From the NCBI GenBank assembly GCA_031414775.1, contig JANOQI010000024.1, positions 103,656 to 167,655 of the forward strand: 64,000 nucleotides of DNA. The letters run 5' to 3'. The notes under the pieces were generated by a model. That model was given only the letters and a program-made list of their open reading frames with translations, made no database searches and was not told the origin of the DNA. Of the stretch, positions 1 through 9,566 are shown in pieces (position 1 is the stretch's first letter; each line of letters begins with the position of its first letter). The stretch comes from Synechococcales cyanobacterium VAR_4_metabat_354. GTDB lineage: Bacteria; Cyanobacteriota; Cyanobacteriia; Cyanobacteriales; Chamaesiphonaceae. The position numbers were made by a program, and so were the translations under genes.

Positions 1-615
1 ATCCCCATTAAAACCGGTACTGCATCACCCACAAGCTTAGACACTGAGCCGCTTCAGACCCCAGGTATTAAGCTCACTCCCCAGCCGACATCCGATAACC
101 TCGACGGCTTCCCAACGCCGCCAGCCAGATTTCCCAAGAGTATTCCACAGACACCTGGACCCAACACATCAGATAATAACCAAACACCTTCCGAAGACTT
201 AAAAACGGCGTTGAAAAACAGTGATGAAATTGTGAAGGGTTTACCACCTGGACAGGTTCTACTCGGTGGCAAACTAGATTCTCAATCTTATCCTCCTAAT
301 AAATTTAGGATTGCGCGGGCGGCCAGTAATAATGGGTATATGGTCATTCTTGTTAGTGTCGAACCGGATTTAAAGTCCAATCAATTGATTACAGATATTA
401 AAAGAATTGCTCCATCCAATAACCTCAAAAAACTTGATGAAAGTCTTAAGCCCCAAAAGCTAATTGATACAATTATTACCGATCCTCCATTTGCAAAATT
501 GCTCGACCAGGCTCAAAGCAAAGCCCGCGATGGTTATAAAAATCTTAAGACTAAGCCCGCAGTGGTGTATTATCGCTTTCCCATTCCATTTTTAGTTACC
601 CCTTCTTCACCATAA
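1..615 (+). CDS. Pro/Thr-rich hypothetical protein, 5'-truncated by the window edge
   Basis: Frame is open from base 1 (IPIKTGTASPTS...) into the 211..615 ORF; low-complexity Pro-rich N-terminal part. Confidence 0.6.
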   Translation: MPIKTGTASPTSLDTEPLQTPGIKLTPQPTSDNLDGFPTPPARFPKSIPQTPGPNTSDNNQTPSEDLKTALKNSDEIVKGLPPGQVLLGGKLDSQSYPPNKFRIARAASNNGYMVILVSVEPDLKSNQLITDIKRIAPSNNLKKLDESLKPQKLIDTIITDPPFAKLLDQAQSKARDGYKNLKTKPAVVYYRFPIPFLVTPSSP

Positions 616-624
616 TTTTTTTCC

Positions 625-1659
625 ATGGATGCATTTTTTCGCCAGCAATTATTGACCGCTGTGCCGCGCCTGCATGAACTAATCGACAAGTTTTCCCGCG
701 CCAAGATATTAGTAATTGGCGACCTGACCCTCGATGAATTTATGGTGGGACAGACTGAGCGGATTTCGCGCGAAGCACCCGTTTTGATTTTGCGCCACGA
801 ATATACCCGCCAAGTCCCCGGTGGGGGTGCTAATGCTGTTTATAACCTAGCTAAACTCGGTGCTCAAGTTAAAGCAGTGGGATTGGTGGGTAACGATATC
901 CAGGGCGAGGCACTGCGCCAAATTTTCCAAGAGGTGGGCATTAACACCCAAGGCATATTAGTTGATGCTGATAGACCTACTGTAACTAAAACTCGTATTT
1001 CTGGACACGCCCGGCAGTCCGTGACTCAGCAAGTGGTCAGGATCGATCGGAAGTCTGATCAATTGCCTGCGCTCGAACTGCAAAAAGCTTTAGCAGAATA
1101 TATTCGCCAAGAATCGGTGGGAATGGATGCTGTTGTTTGTTCTGACTACGGGGACGGGGTATTTGTGGGTCATACCGGCGTATCGCCAGTCATTGGCGCG
1201 GCCTTGCCCCATCAGCGATGTATCGTAGATGCCCAAGCCGATCTTGGTCGCTATCAAGGGGCGACAATTTTCACACCGAACTTACCCGAAGCTGAGCTAG
1301 CAGCTGGTTATGCGATCGATAGCCCGGCGGTGCTCACCCAAGCTGGGCATGAGTTGATTAAGTTAACCAATGCTAAACAGATGTTGATCACCAGAGGTGA
1401 TGAAGGCATGAGTTTGTTTGAAGCTCATGGTCAACAGCAGCACATTCCAGCCTTTAATCGCACCGACGTATTTGATGTGACGGGTGCCGGTGATACCGTG
1501 GTTGCCGCTTTGACCTTGGCGCTTTGTGCCGGAGCAAATTTTTGGGAAGCCGCTGTGCTGGGCAACTTAGCGGCCAGTATTGTGATTCGGCAGGTGGGAA
1601 CAGCCACCACTAATCCAACCGAGCTAAAAGCAGTGCTGGCGGAAATTTTGGAAGATTAA
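625..1659 (+). CDS. PfkB-family sugar kinase, RfaE/HldE heptose-7-phosphate kinase-like
   Basis: GDLTLDEF, RISREAPV, GGGANA and DVTGAGDT motifs. Confidence 0.85.
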   Translation: MDAFFRQQLLTAVPRLHELIDKFSRAKILVIGDLTLDEFMVGQTERISREAPVLILRHEYTRQVPGGGANAVYNLAKLGAQVKAVGLVGNDIQGEALRQIFQEVGINTQGILVDADRPTVTKTRISGHARQSVTQQVVRIDRKSDQLPALELQKALAEYIRQESVGMDAVVCSDYGDGVFVGHTGVSPVIGAALPHQRCIVDAQADLGRYQGATIFTPNLPEAELAAGYAIDSPAVLTQAGHELIKLTNAKQMLITRGDEGMSLFEAHGQQQHIPAFNRTDVFDVTGAGDTVVAALTLALCAGANFWEAAVLGNLAASIVIRQVGTATTNPTELKAVLAEILED

Positions 1660-1662
1660 CCA

Positions 1663-2961
1663 TTACTCAGTTAACTGATGGAAAGCGAGGTTATTGCGTA
1701 AATTCATGAAGTTGGGATCGGTACGGGCGGCATTGCGGACGCTCGGATTCAATTGAATTGCTTGCTTCAAACTAATTAAAGCCGATTCGTAATCACGCAA
1801 CTGCGCTTCATAGCAAGCTCTTTGGTACCAAGCATCTACTGACCGGGAGTCAACTTCTACTGCTCGATCGATCGTTGCCAGCGCTTTGGGAAATCTCCCC
1901 AATTCAGCCCAGAGATTAGCTTTGCTCACCCACAGCTGCACGTCATCTGGGTTTATTTCTAAAGCGCGGTTGTACATATCGATCGCCTGCTCCGGTTGAT
2001 CCATGGCCGATAATAATAGCCCCGAATTTTGCCACAAACTCGCCACACTAGGATTAATTCTCAAAGCTGCTTGATAACAATCTAGAGCTTCATCATAATA
2101 GTTAAGATGGCAAAGAGCCGTGCCCTTTAACCACCAAGCGTCAAAGTGTTGCGGATTTTTATCTAGATCCCGGTTCAGAAGTGCAACCGCTTCCACATAA
2201 CGCTTTTGCTTAATTAACTCTTCACTTTTCTCGATGACAGTTGCGGCAGGAGGATGAGTAAATTTACGGCTGACCGCAAAAATCAGAATTATTCCCAGTA
2301 ATAATGGTAGTGACCACTGCTTAAAAAGATCTTGGCCAATCCTGGTTGTTGATATTGGTATACCTAAAGCTCCTTGAGTAATCGTGGTTGCGGCTGCTTG
2401 TAAGAAATTACCAAAAGGTGGGACTAGCCATAGCAGCAATAACAATCCAAAAAAGCCGTATTGGTAGAGCGGCTGAAGAAGCGCTCGAATCCGCCGAGAG
2501 AGAAAAGGTTCAATGATGCCGAACCCATCGATCGAGGGAATGGGCAGTAAATTAATTAAAATTCCCCAAACCTGTATCCAAATCAAGAAAGCCAGCGCGG
2601 GCTGTACCCAAGAAACTGGACTGGGAAACACTCGAAATATTCCTGCTAATCCCATCACAGTCAAAATGCTGGCAATGGGGCCAGCGGCAGCCACGGCACT
2701 TTGCCACCAGCGACTACGCAGATTCTGATGATTGATGTAGACTGCCGCACCGGGTAAGCCAATGCCACCCATCATCAAAAAAAGTAGGGGCAAGATTAAC
2801 GAATAGCCCGGTTCAATATATTTGAAGGGATTGAGAGTAAGATAGCCTTTCTCTTTGACAGAAGTATCACCGCCCCAATAGGCCAAAATGGCATGGCTAA
2901 ATTCGTGTAGACAGATGGAAAATATCCAGCCAATGGAGACAAAAAGGGTTACTTCTAGCAT
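1663..2961 (-). CDS. Site-2 (M50) intramembrane protease fused to C-terminal TPR repeats
   Basis: HEFSH and NLLPIPSIDG motifs, hydrophobic N-half, TPR-like repeats in the C-half. Confidence 0.85.
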   Translation of the reverse strand: MLEVTLFVSIGWIFSICLHEFSHAILAYWGGDTSVKEKGYLTLNPFKYIEPGYSLILPLLFLMMGGIGLPGAAVYINHQNLRSRWWQSAVAAAGPIASILTVMGLAGIFRVFPSPVSWVQPALAFLIWIQVWGILINLLPIPSIDGFGIIEPFLSRRIRALLQPLYQYGFFGLLLLLWLVPPFGNFLQAAATTITQGALGIPISTTRIGQDLFKQWSLPLLLGIILIFAVSRKFTHPPAATVIEKSEELIKQKRYVEAVALLNRDLDKNPQHFDAWWLKGTALCHLNYYDEALDCYQAALRINPSVASLWQNSGLLLSAMDQPEQAIDMYNRALEINPDDVQLWVSKANLWAELGRFPKALATIDRAVEVDSRSVDAWYQRACYEAQLRDYESALISLKQAIQLNPSVRNAARTDPNFMNLRNNLAFHQLTE

Positions 2962-3142
2962 TTCGATTAATCTTCAGTTCCCTTAATTTATCGCTAAAAG
3001 TGCAATTTATCCATTCCTGTATTGCCATATTTTAATCGATCGATCTCGGGAAGCCCTAGCCACAAGTTTAATCGGTATAGTCGCCAGATGTTCAGGAAAA
3101 GTAAGGTTGATTTTCCTAGATGGTGGGCAAACTAAATTATTA

Positions 3143-4267
3143 TTAGGTGCTGGAATGCTGATAAATTACTTTCTGGTAATAATCTTGGAGTTGCTTAGTC
3201 GCAGCGCTCCAACTCCAGCGTTCCGCTTCTAACCTGGCCTGTCGGCGCAGCTTTTCCCGCCGGTACGGATCGGCTAAGAGCTTTTGAGTGGCCACGATTA
3301 ATCCCTGTTCATCCAACGGGTCAAAAAGATAGCCATTTTCACCATTAGTCACAATATCGGGAATCCCTCCAGACCTGGCCGCAACCACCGGGCAACCTGC
3401 CGCCATTGCTTCCAGCAAAACTAAGCCCAGGGTTTCGGTACGGGAGGGAAAAACAAAAACATCAGCCGAAGCATAGGCACTAGCCAATTCTCGGCCTTGT
3501 AGATAACCCACAAAATAAGTATTAGTCCCCGCAAAATAATTCTGTAATTGCTCTCGATGGGGTCCATCACCGACGATTGCGAGTCTGGCCTTGGGTATTG
3601 CTGTCAAGATTGGTTTTAGTCGATCGATCTCTTTTTCGGCTCCCAATCTGCCCACATACAGCAGCAATGGCAACGTCGGATGACCTTGAGTCAATTGATC
3701 GCGCATCTGATCATTAGCTAGGCTCGGATCATACGATTCAGTATCTACACCTCTTTGCCACAAGTCAGTACCCATGATTCCGTGCTCAGCCAACTCCTTT
3801 ACCATCACCGTCGAAGTGCATAAATTTATCGCAGCTTGGTTATGAGCTAGCTTTAGCAGTTCCCATAACAGCCCTTCGCACCAACCAAAACCATAATATT
3901 TTATGTATTTAGGCAGATGAGTATGATAGGAGGCAATCAACGGTAGCTGCAACTGCTTGGCATAAAAAATCCCGGCCAAACCTAAAACTGCCGGGTTTAC
4001 TACATGAATAATATCTGGTCGAAAATGTTCGATCGATCGGCCAATAGCTGGCCTTGGTAAAGCCATTTTGAGTTCAGGGTAAAACGGCGAAGGAAAAGCT
4101 GGTACACCAGTAATTATAGCTCCCTGATATTCGCGCAGTCCGCCCTCTGGGCAAAAAACCATCACCTGATGGCCATTGCGTTGGAGGTGTTCGATCGTAT
4201 GGCGCAGACGGGTAACAATGCCATCTACTTTGGGCAGAAAAGTTTCAGTAAATAGAGCAACGCGCAT
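3143..4267 (-). CDS. sqdX: Sulfoquinovosyltransferase (GT4 glycosyltransferase)
   Basis: MRVALFTETFLPKVDGIVTRL N-terminus; PSRTETLGLVLLEAMAAG. Confidence 0.85.
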   Translation of the reverse strand: MRVALFTETFLPKVDGIVTRLRHTIEHLQRNGHQVMVFCPEGGLREYQGAIITGVPAFPSPFYPELKMALPRPAIGRSIEHFRPDIIHVVNPAVLGLAGIFYAKQLQLPLIASYHTHLPKYIKYYGFGWCEGLLWELLKLAHNQAAINLCTSTVMVKELAEHGIMGTDLWQRGVDTESYDPSLANDQMRDQLTQGHPTLPLLLYVGRLGAEKEIDRLKPILTAIPKARLAIVGDGPHREQLQNYFAGTNTYFVGYLQGRELASAYASADVFVFPSRTETLGLVLLEAMAAGCPVVAARSGGIPDIVTNGENGYLFDPLDEQGLIVATQKLLADPYRREKLRRQARLEAERWSWSAATKQLQDYYQKVIYQHSST

Positions 4268-4382
4268 AGAGTCTTATAGGCACTTTGTTTACAAGGTATC
4301 AGATGTTAGGGTAATATCCCCATTGCTTTTTGGGCTGGTTGTTAAGCACAATAGGTATTGTTTACATTTTTACCTCATTATT

Positions 4383-5096
4383 ATGGCCGCAGGTGCTCAT
4401 CTTTATCTTTACCGCAGTTTTAACGGTATGCCTTACATTCATCATGGTATTGACTGCGGCGATGGTACAGTTATTCACTACCAAGGCAAGCTAAAAAATA
4501 GCGCCGTGACCCGAGTCAGCCTTGATCATTTTATTGGGGAAACCTTGCATGTGAAGGAATACGGCAAGTCTGATGCGTCTGAGGTGGTAATTCAAAGAGC
4601 CGAAAGTAGATTGGGTGAGAGTGGCTACAACGTCTTTGGCAATAACTGTGAGCATTTTGCCTACTGGTGTAAAACTGGTCTTTCTTACAGTGAGCAAATT
4701 AGGAATATGCAAGTAGCCGCCACCGGTTTAGCCAGTGTAGGGATGGGGGCGATCGCTGCCCGAGTTGCCGCTGAAGGCATGAGACTCGGCTCCGGCATGT
4801 TGGGGTTGGGTGGCTTAGTGAGTGGTTTTACCACCGATATTGTGATGGGCGAAATTCTGTCAGACAGTGAATTTTTGACCGATGAAGAACGGGCAATTAG
4901 GCAAAATGCCCGCAGTGCTGGCCAAATAGCAACTACTGTTGGTAGTATTGCTGGCGGCATGACCGCCGGGCTGATTGGTGGCGGCTTGGGGTTGGCCGCC
5001 GCTGTAGCAACACCAGCACTGTTAGGAGTGGGTATTGCCACTGGCACCTATTACCTGCTGCAAACTCAGAGCGATCAGAATGAAGAATTAGCCTAA
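4383..5096 (+). CDS. LRAT-family (permuted NlpC/P60) protein with Gly/Ala-rich hydrophobic C-terminus
   Basis: HHGIDCGDGTVIHY and YNVFGNNCEHFA motifs; ATG at 4383 avoids the overlap with sqdX. Confidence 0.8.
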   Translation: MAAGAHLYLYRSFNGMPYIHHGIDCGDGTVIHYQGKLKNSAVTRVSLDHFIGETLHVKEYGKSDASEVVIQRAESRLGESGYNVFGNNCEHFAYWCKTGLSYSEQIRNMQVAATGLASVGMGAIAARVAAEGMRLGSGMLGLGGLVSGFTTDIVMGEILSDSEFLTDEERAIRQNARSAGQIATTVGSIAGGMTAGLIGGGLGLAAAVATPALLGVGIATGTYYLLQTQSDQNEELA

Positions 5097-5170
5097 GTAG
5101 TAGAATTACTTGGTTTCTTGATTTTACTACTTAAAATAATAGCTGAAACTTCAGATTTCAGGGAAAATAT

Positions 5171-6268
5171 TTAGGGTTTCAGTGAATCGACCATTTCCCC
5201 AAAACATCTGGGTTGAGGGACTGTAAATTCGGTTTTTTCAAACATCTTTTTGGTGAATTCTATATTATGAGGATTCACATCAAACCAATCTCGATGAATA
5301 TCATCACCATTTTTTAAGCAGTATCCGATGGATAATGCTTCTGCAAAACAGCCAAAAACCACACCATCGGTTAGTCTCAGCATTTGATAAGACATACTAT
5401 CCAAAACATACTTAAGATTTTTAGAATAAGCATTACCAGCATCTTGTCTAATTGCCAGTTTCTGGCAAGATCGATATTCTTCAACAACAAAATTAGATGG
5501 TTCAGCAACGTCAATCACAATCAATTTTTTATCGGGGCGCTTAATTTTTTCTACAGTTTGACTGGTCAGCAATGTCTTTTTGCTATGGGTACAAGCAACA
5601 ACCATGTCTATATTTTTTAAATCATGTAAATTAGTCGTTGTTTCTATTCCCTGACTCACTGCCAATTCTCCAAGTTTAGCAATATTAGAACCGACTCCAA
5701 AAACTTTATATTCATCTTTAACCATGGCATTTACAACGCAATTTCCCAAAATGCCATAAGGCCCTAAAATTGCAATTCTTGCTGTATTTTTATCGAGATT
5801 AGCTAATCGTAATGCACTCAAAACTTCTTCGATTAGTAGATAGGCGGTGCCATTATCACCAATCGTAAAAACAATATCTGGAAACATTTTTATAATTTCA
5901 TCACCATCTTGACCAAATAATCTTTTGGTAGCTGCCGCGAGCAGAATTACTTTTGCCCCCCGATCGGCTGCCCATTTTGCAGCTGCGATGAACTGTTTCT
6001 TAGCTTTTTTGCGGCCTGATGGAGACAATATCTCGCTGGAATCTACATCTATCCAGCGCAGCCTACCAATGACACCTTTAATGTTTATTCTCGCTCCATT
6101 CACATGACCAAGGTGGGGCTTGTTATTGCCCATGTATCTTTGCCGATCGACATCATCCCGTAAATTACTAATAAAAACTACATCTATTTGAGCTTGCCGG
6201 TATAAAATCCTTTTCCATGTTCTCCAATCACATACAGAAACGGTTGCGTCCCAAATACTTGCTTGCAT
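5171..6268 (-). CDS. Acyl-ACP-reductase-like / COG5322-like NAD(P)-dependent oxidoreductase
   Basis: FTIGDNGTA, ILGPYGILG (Rossmann-like), DVAEPSN and FGCFAEAL motifs; AT-rich. Confidence 0.55.
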   Translation of the reverse strand: MQASIWDATVSVCDWRTWKRILYRQAQIDVVFISNLRDDVDRQRYMGNNKPHLGHVNGARINIKGVIGRLRWIDVDSSEILSPSGRKKAKKQFIAAAKWAADRGAKVILLAAATKRLFGQDGDEIIKMFPDIVFTIGDNGTAYLLIEEVLSALRLANLDKNTARIAILGPYGILGNCVVNAMVKDEYKVFGVGSNIAKLGELAVSQGIETTTNLHDLKNIDMVVACTHSKKTLLTSQTVEKIKRPDKKLIVIDVAEPSNFVVEEYRSCQKLAIRQDAGNAYSKNLKYVLDSMSYQMLRLTDGVVFGCFAEALSIGYCLKNGDDIHRDWFDVNPHNIEFTKKMFEKTEFTVPQPRCFGEMVDSLKP

Positions 6269-6435
6269 GTTGCTACTTGATATTACAGATAAATCAATGA
6301 TTTTTCAGATACTGAAAATCTCAGTATAGTGTTGATAGTTATCATCGTGCCCTTCTGAATCAATAATTTTCTGGATTTAGACTACAGTATGCATCTAAGT
6401 GTCAAAATGTCTGCAAGCAAACTTACCAAAATTTT

Positions 6436-7485
6436 ATGACTGCCCTTTCTGACTTTCATGCTAACAGTGGTGCCATATTTCATGATGTTCTAGCAACTGT
6501 GCCTTGGAGCTTTGGGAATGAGGCCGCTGCTCTAGCCGCCGCTTCGTCTGGAGTTGCCGTGATCGATCGAACTCACTGGGGTAGAATATCAGTTAGCGGT
6601 GCGGATCGGCTGCGTTTTTTGCACAATCAAAGTACGGCCGATTTCATAAATCTTACTACTGGGATGGGTTGCGACACCGTATTCATCAATTCTACTGGTC
6701 GGACGATCGATCTAGCTTTGGCCTTAGTATTAGACGACGAAGTACTGTTGTTGGTATCACCCTCGCAGCGAGCAGCTATCTACCAACTTTTGGATCGATA
6801 TATCTTCTTTGCGGATAAGGTATATCTTCAGGATATTTCACCAAAAACTGCAACTTTTGGTTTGATTGGGGCAGCTAGTGAGTCTGTCGTCAAGGCTTTG
6901 GGGGGGCAGACTGATGTCCCAGCTTATCGTCATCAAGTTATCCAGGTGGATGATATGGCTATTCGAATCGTTGCGGATAGTGGACTGGCATTGCCTGGCC
7001 ATACACTGGTTGTGGCTATGGATCAATCCGTGAATCTCTGGCAAAAGCTAGTAGCAATGGGCGCAGTGCCAATGGGCGAAAGAGGTTGGGAGGAATTACG
7101 CATTTGTCAGGGGCGACCAGCTACTGAGGCCGAACTGACCGCCGATTATAATCCTTTAGAAGTGGGACTATGGCAAAGCATTTCTTTTACCAAGGGTTGT
7201 TACATTGGCCAGGAAACGATTGCTAGATTGAATACCTATAAAGGAGTAAAACAGTATCTGTGGGGGGTCAAGCTACAAGGGGAAGTCGCGATCGGGAGTC
7301 CTTTGCTGCTAAATAAAGAAAAAGTAGGGGTTTTAACTAGTTATATTGCTACTGCTAATGGCCATCGGGGTTTGGCTTATGTAAAATCCAAGGCTGGTGG
7401 GGTAGGTTTACAAGTGCAAGTGGGTGATACTACCGGTGAGATAGTGGATTTGCCTTTTGTTCGCCACGACTATTACACACCCTAA
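6436..7485 (+). CDS. ygfZ: Folate-binding YgfZ/GcvT-family protein
   Basis: KGCYIGQE signature. Confidence 0.85.
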   Translation: MTALSDFHANSGAIFHDVLATVPWSFGNEAAALAAASSGVAVIDRTHWGRISVSGADRLRFLHNQSTADFINLTTGMGCDTVFINSTGRTIDLALALVLDDEVLLLVSPSQRAAIYQLLDRYIFFADKVYLQDISPKTATFGLIGAASESVVKALGGQTDVPAYRHQVIQVDDMAIRIVADSGLALPGHTLVVAMDQSVNLWQKLVAMGAVPMGERGWEELRICQGRPATEAELTADYNPLEVGLWQSISFTKGCYIGQETIARLNTYKGVKQYLWGVKLQGEVAIGSPLLLNKEKVGVLTSYIATANGHRGLAYVKSKAGGVGLQVQVGDTTGEIVDLPFVRHDYYTP

Positions 7486-8138
7486 TGTTGTTAGAGAATG
7501 TCGTAGAAGTATGGATGGAGCGGCTAGATCCACCGGAAATACGGGAGCTAGAATTGATTCTGACGGCAACAGAGTTAGCTTTAGCTGATCGCTGTCGATT
7601 GCCACTAGTCCGACAGCGCAAAATAGTAGCAAGAGCGCGGCTGCGCCAAATTCTGAGCAGCTATCTGGGTATTGCCCCTCGATCGATCGAAATTTCGCTG
7701 GGAATTCATGGTAAACCACAGGTACTCGGATTGGAATTTAATGTTTCTCACAGTGAGAATTTGGCAGTCTATGCCATCGGCCAGCAGCCAGTGGGGATTG
7801 ATGTGGAGTACTTGAGATCGCTGGAAATGACTAGCTTGGTGCAGCGTTTTTTTGCGCCAGCGGAGTTGGCTAGTTGGCAAGAACTGCCAGCAGAGCAACA
7901 AAAATTGTCTTTCTTCCGGGCTTGGACAATGAAGGAAGCATACTTGAAAGCGATCGGTACGGGACTACATACATCTCTGGCGGCAGTAGTGGTAGAAATG
8001 GATATTACTAAGCCTGGTAGTTTATTAGCTGTCTCGAATACTGAGAACTGGCAGCTGGAAACACTGGCATTATCTGATGGTTATATCGGAACAGTCGTGA
8101 TGATGGGGCACCATCATCAAATAGTTATGAGAGGCTGA
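7485..8138 (+). CDS. Sfp/HetI-type 4'-phosphopantetheinyl transferase
   Basis: GKP, FNVSHS, VGIDVE and WTMKEAYLKA motifs. Confidence 0.9.
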   Translation: MLLENVVEVWMERLDPPEIRELELILTATELALADRCRLPLVRQRKIVARARLRQILSSYLGIAPRSIEISLGIHGKPQVLGLEFNVSHSENLAVYAIGQQPVGIDVEYLRSLEMTSLVQRFFAPAELASWQELPAEQQKLSFFRAWTMKEAYLKAIGTGLHTSLAAVVVEMDITKPGSLLAVSNTENWQLETLALSDGYIGTVVMMGHHHQIVMRG

Positions 8139-8177
8139 CATAAATCATGCCGGCTTTTAATATAATATAGTTAAAAA

Positions 8178-8780
8178 CTAGTTCTTTGATCGCATTTTTT
8201 GGAACAACCAATAGCCAATCCAACCTGCTAATCCAAATAGAACCAGCTTGGAAATAGGAGCTAAATACTTTTCAATCAGGGAATAGTTTTCACCCAGTAG
8301 AAAGCCAGCACTAGTTAAAGCTAATGTCCAGAGCAGGGTGCCTGCTGTCGAGTAAATAGTAAAGGTCACAAATGGCATATGATTGATTCCCGCTGGCAAG
8401 GAAATCAGGGTGCGGATACCTGGAATCATCCGTCCGAAAAATACGGCTTTTCGCCCATGTTTATTAAACCAATTGTTCACCCGATCGATATCTTGAGAAT
8501 TGATCCCTAGCCATTTACCATAGTGATTAGTCCAAATCTCTAACCGCTGATAATTTACTAAACGTCCCAAATAGTACCAAGTATAAGTTCCGATCATTGT
8601 ACCGATAGTCCCGGCAGTGACAGCAAGGCCAAAATTCATCTGGCCTTGAGCAACTGTAAATCCAGCTAAAGGCATAATTAGCTCGGAAGGAATCGGTGGA
8701 AAAAGATTTTCCAAAAACATCAACAGACCGATTCCCCAGTAGCCCAAGCTGCTCATTAGGTTATTAATCCATTCCACCAT
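8178..8780 (-). CDS. DedA family membrane protein
   Basis: LENLFPPIPSE and FGRMIPGIRTLISLPAG motifs. Confidence 0.9.
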   Translation of the reverse strand: MVEWINNLMSSLGYWGIGLLMFLENLFPPIPSELIMPLAGFTVAQGQMNFGLAVTAGTIGTMIGTYTWYYLGRLVNYQRLEIWTNHYGKWLGINSQDIDRVNNWFNKHGRKAVFFGRMIPGIRTLISLPAGINHMPFVTFTIYSTAGTLLWTLALTSAGFLLGENYSLIEKYLAPISKLVLFGLAGWIGYWLFQKMRSKN

Positions 8781-9110
8781 GTTTCCAATTACTCCACCTG
8801 TTTATATAGATGTTTGAGATTTCGTCTTTAATTGAGCCGAAATTTTTGGGGTCAAATTGGTAATCGATCGATATCTTAGGTATTACCAATAACCACTAAC
8901 ATCTCACCTTGAGGCAGGCGATGATCAGGCTTGGGATTAATATCAAAATCTTCGGATTGACCGATCGCTAAGAAGTTTAATCCAGAATCACTACGATGAC
9001 TGCAATAAAACCCAGACAAATACTCCGAGAAACAGTCATTTTGATTTTGGATTTTGGGTTCTTGATGTCAACCTAATGGTATTTCTGGGCATCTTGATCG
9101 CATGTTAGGA

Positions 9111-9512
9111 CTACCCCATCAATATTACTCGATCGATCACATGAATTATTCCATTATCGGCCTCAATGTCCGCTAAAATCACGGTAGCGTTTTTCACCTC
9201 AAAAGCATTACTGCAATCAATCGCGATCAATGAACCTTCCAACGACTCTACTGCCTTAACTTTAGCCAAATCAGCTTGGGTTAATTTCCCCGCAACCACA
9301 TGATATTTCAGAATGCGGGCTAACTGTGGTGGGTTTTGAACTAGAGTCTGGACGGTGCCGGGTGGTAAGTTAGCAAAGGCTGTATCGGTGGGGGCGAAAA
9401 CCGTAAAAGGACCAGGAGATTTTAAAGCTTCTACTAACCTAGCTGCTTGGACAGCAGCAACCAAGGTTTGAAAGTTATCGTTACTAACGGCGATGTCTAC
9501 AATATCTGGCAT
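9111..9512 (-). CDS. cupS: Fasciclin-domain small subunit of the NDH-1(3) CO2-uptake complex
   Basis: FAS1 motifs TVFAPTD and NGIIHVID; directly downstream of cupA; start taken at MPDIVDIA. Confidence 0.85.
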   Translation of the reverse strand: MPDIVDIAVSNDNFQTLVAAVQAARLVEALKSPGPFTVFAPTDTAFANLPPGTVQTLVQNPPQLARILKYHVVAGKLTQADLAKVKAVESLEGSLIAIDCSNAFEVKNATVILADIEADNGIIHVIDRVILMG

Positions 9513-9566
9513 ATTTTTTCCTGGATTATAATAGTGGATGGAGTGCAACCGCAACCTACCTGAAAA

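Noticed and set aside
4176..4382. N-terminal extension of the LRAT ORF; similar extensions on moaA, the cyclophilin, cupS and DUF4346
   Set aside because: They overlap neighbours or promoter DNA; family-like sequence begins at a later ATG
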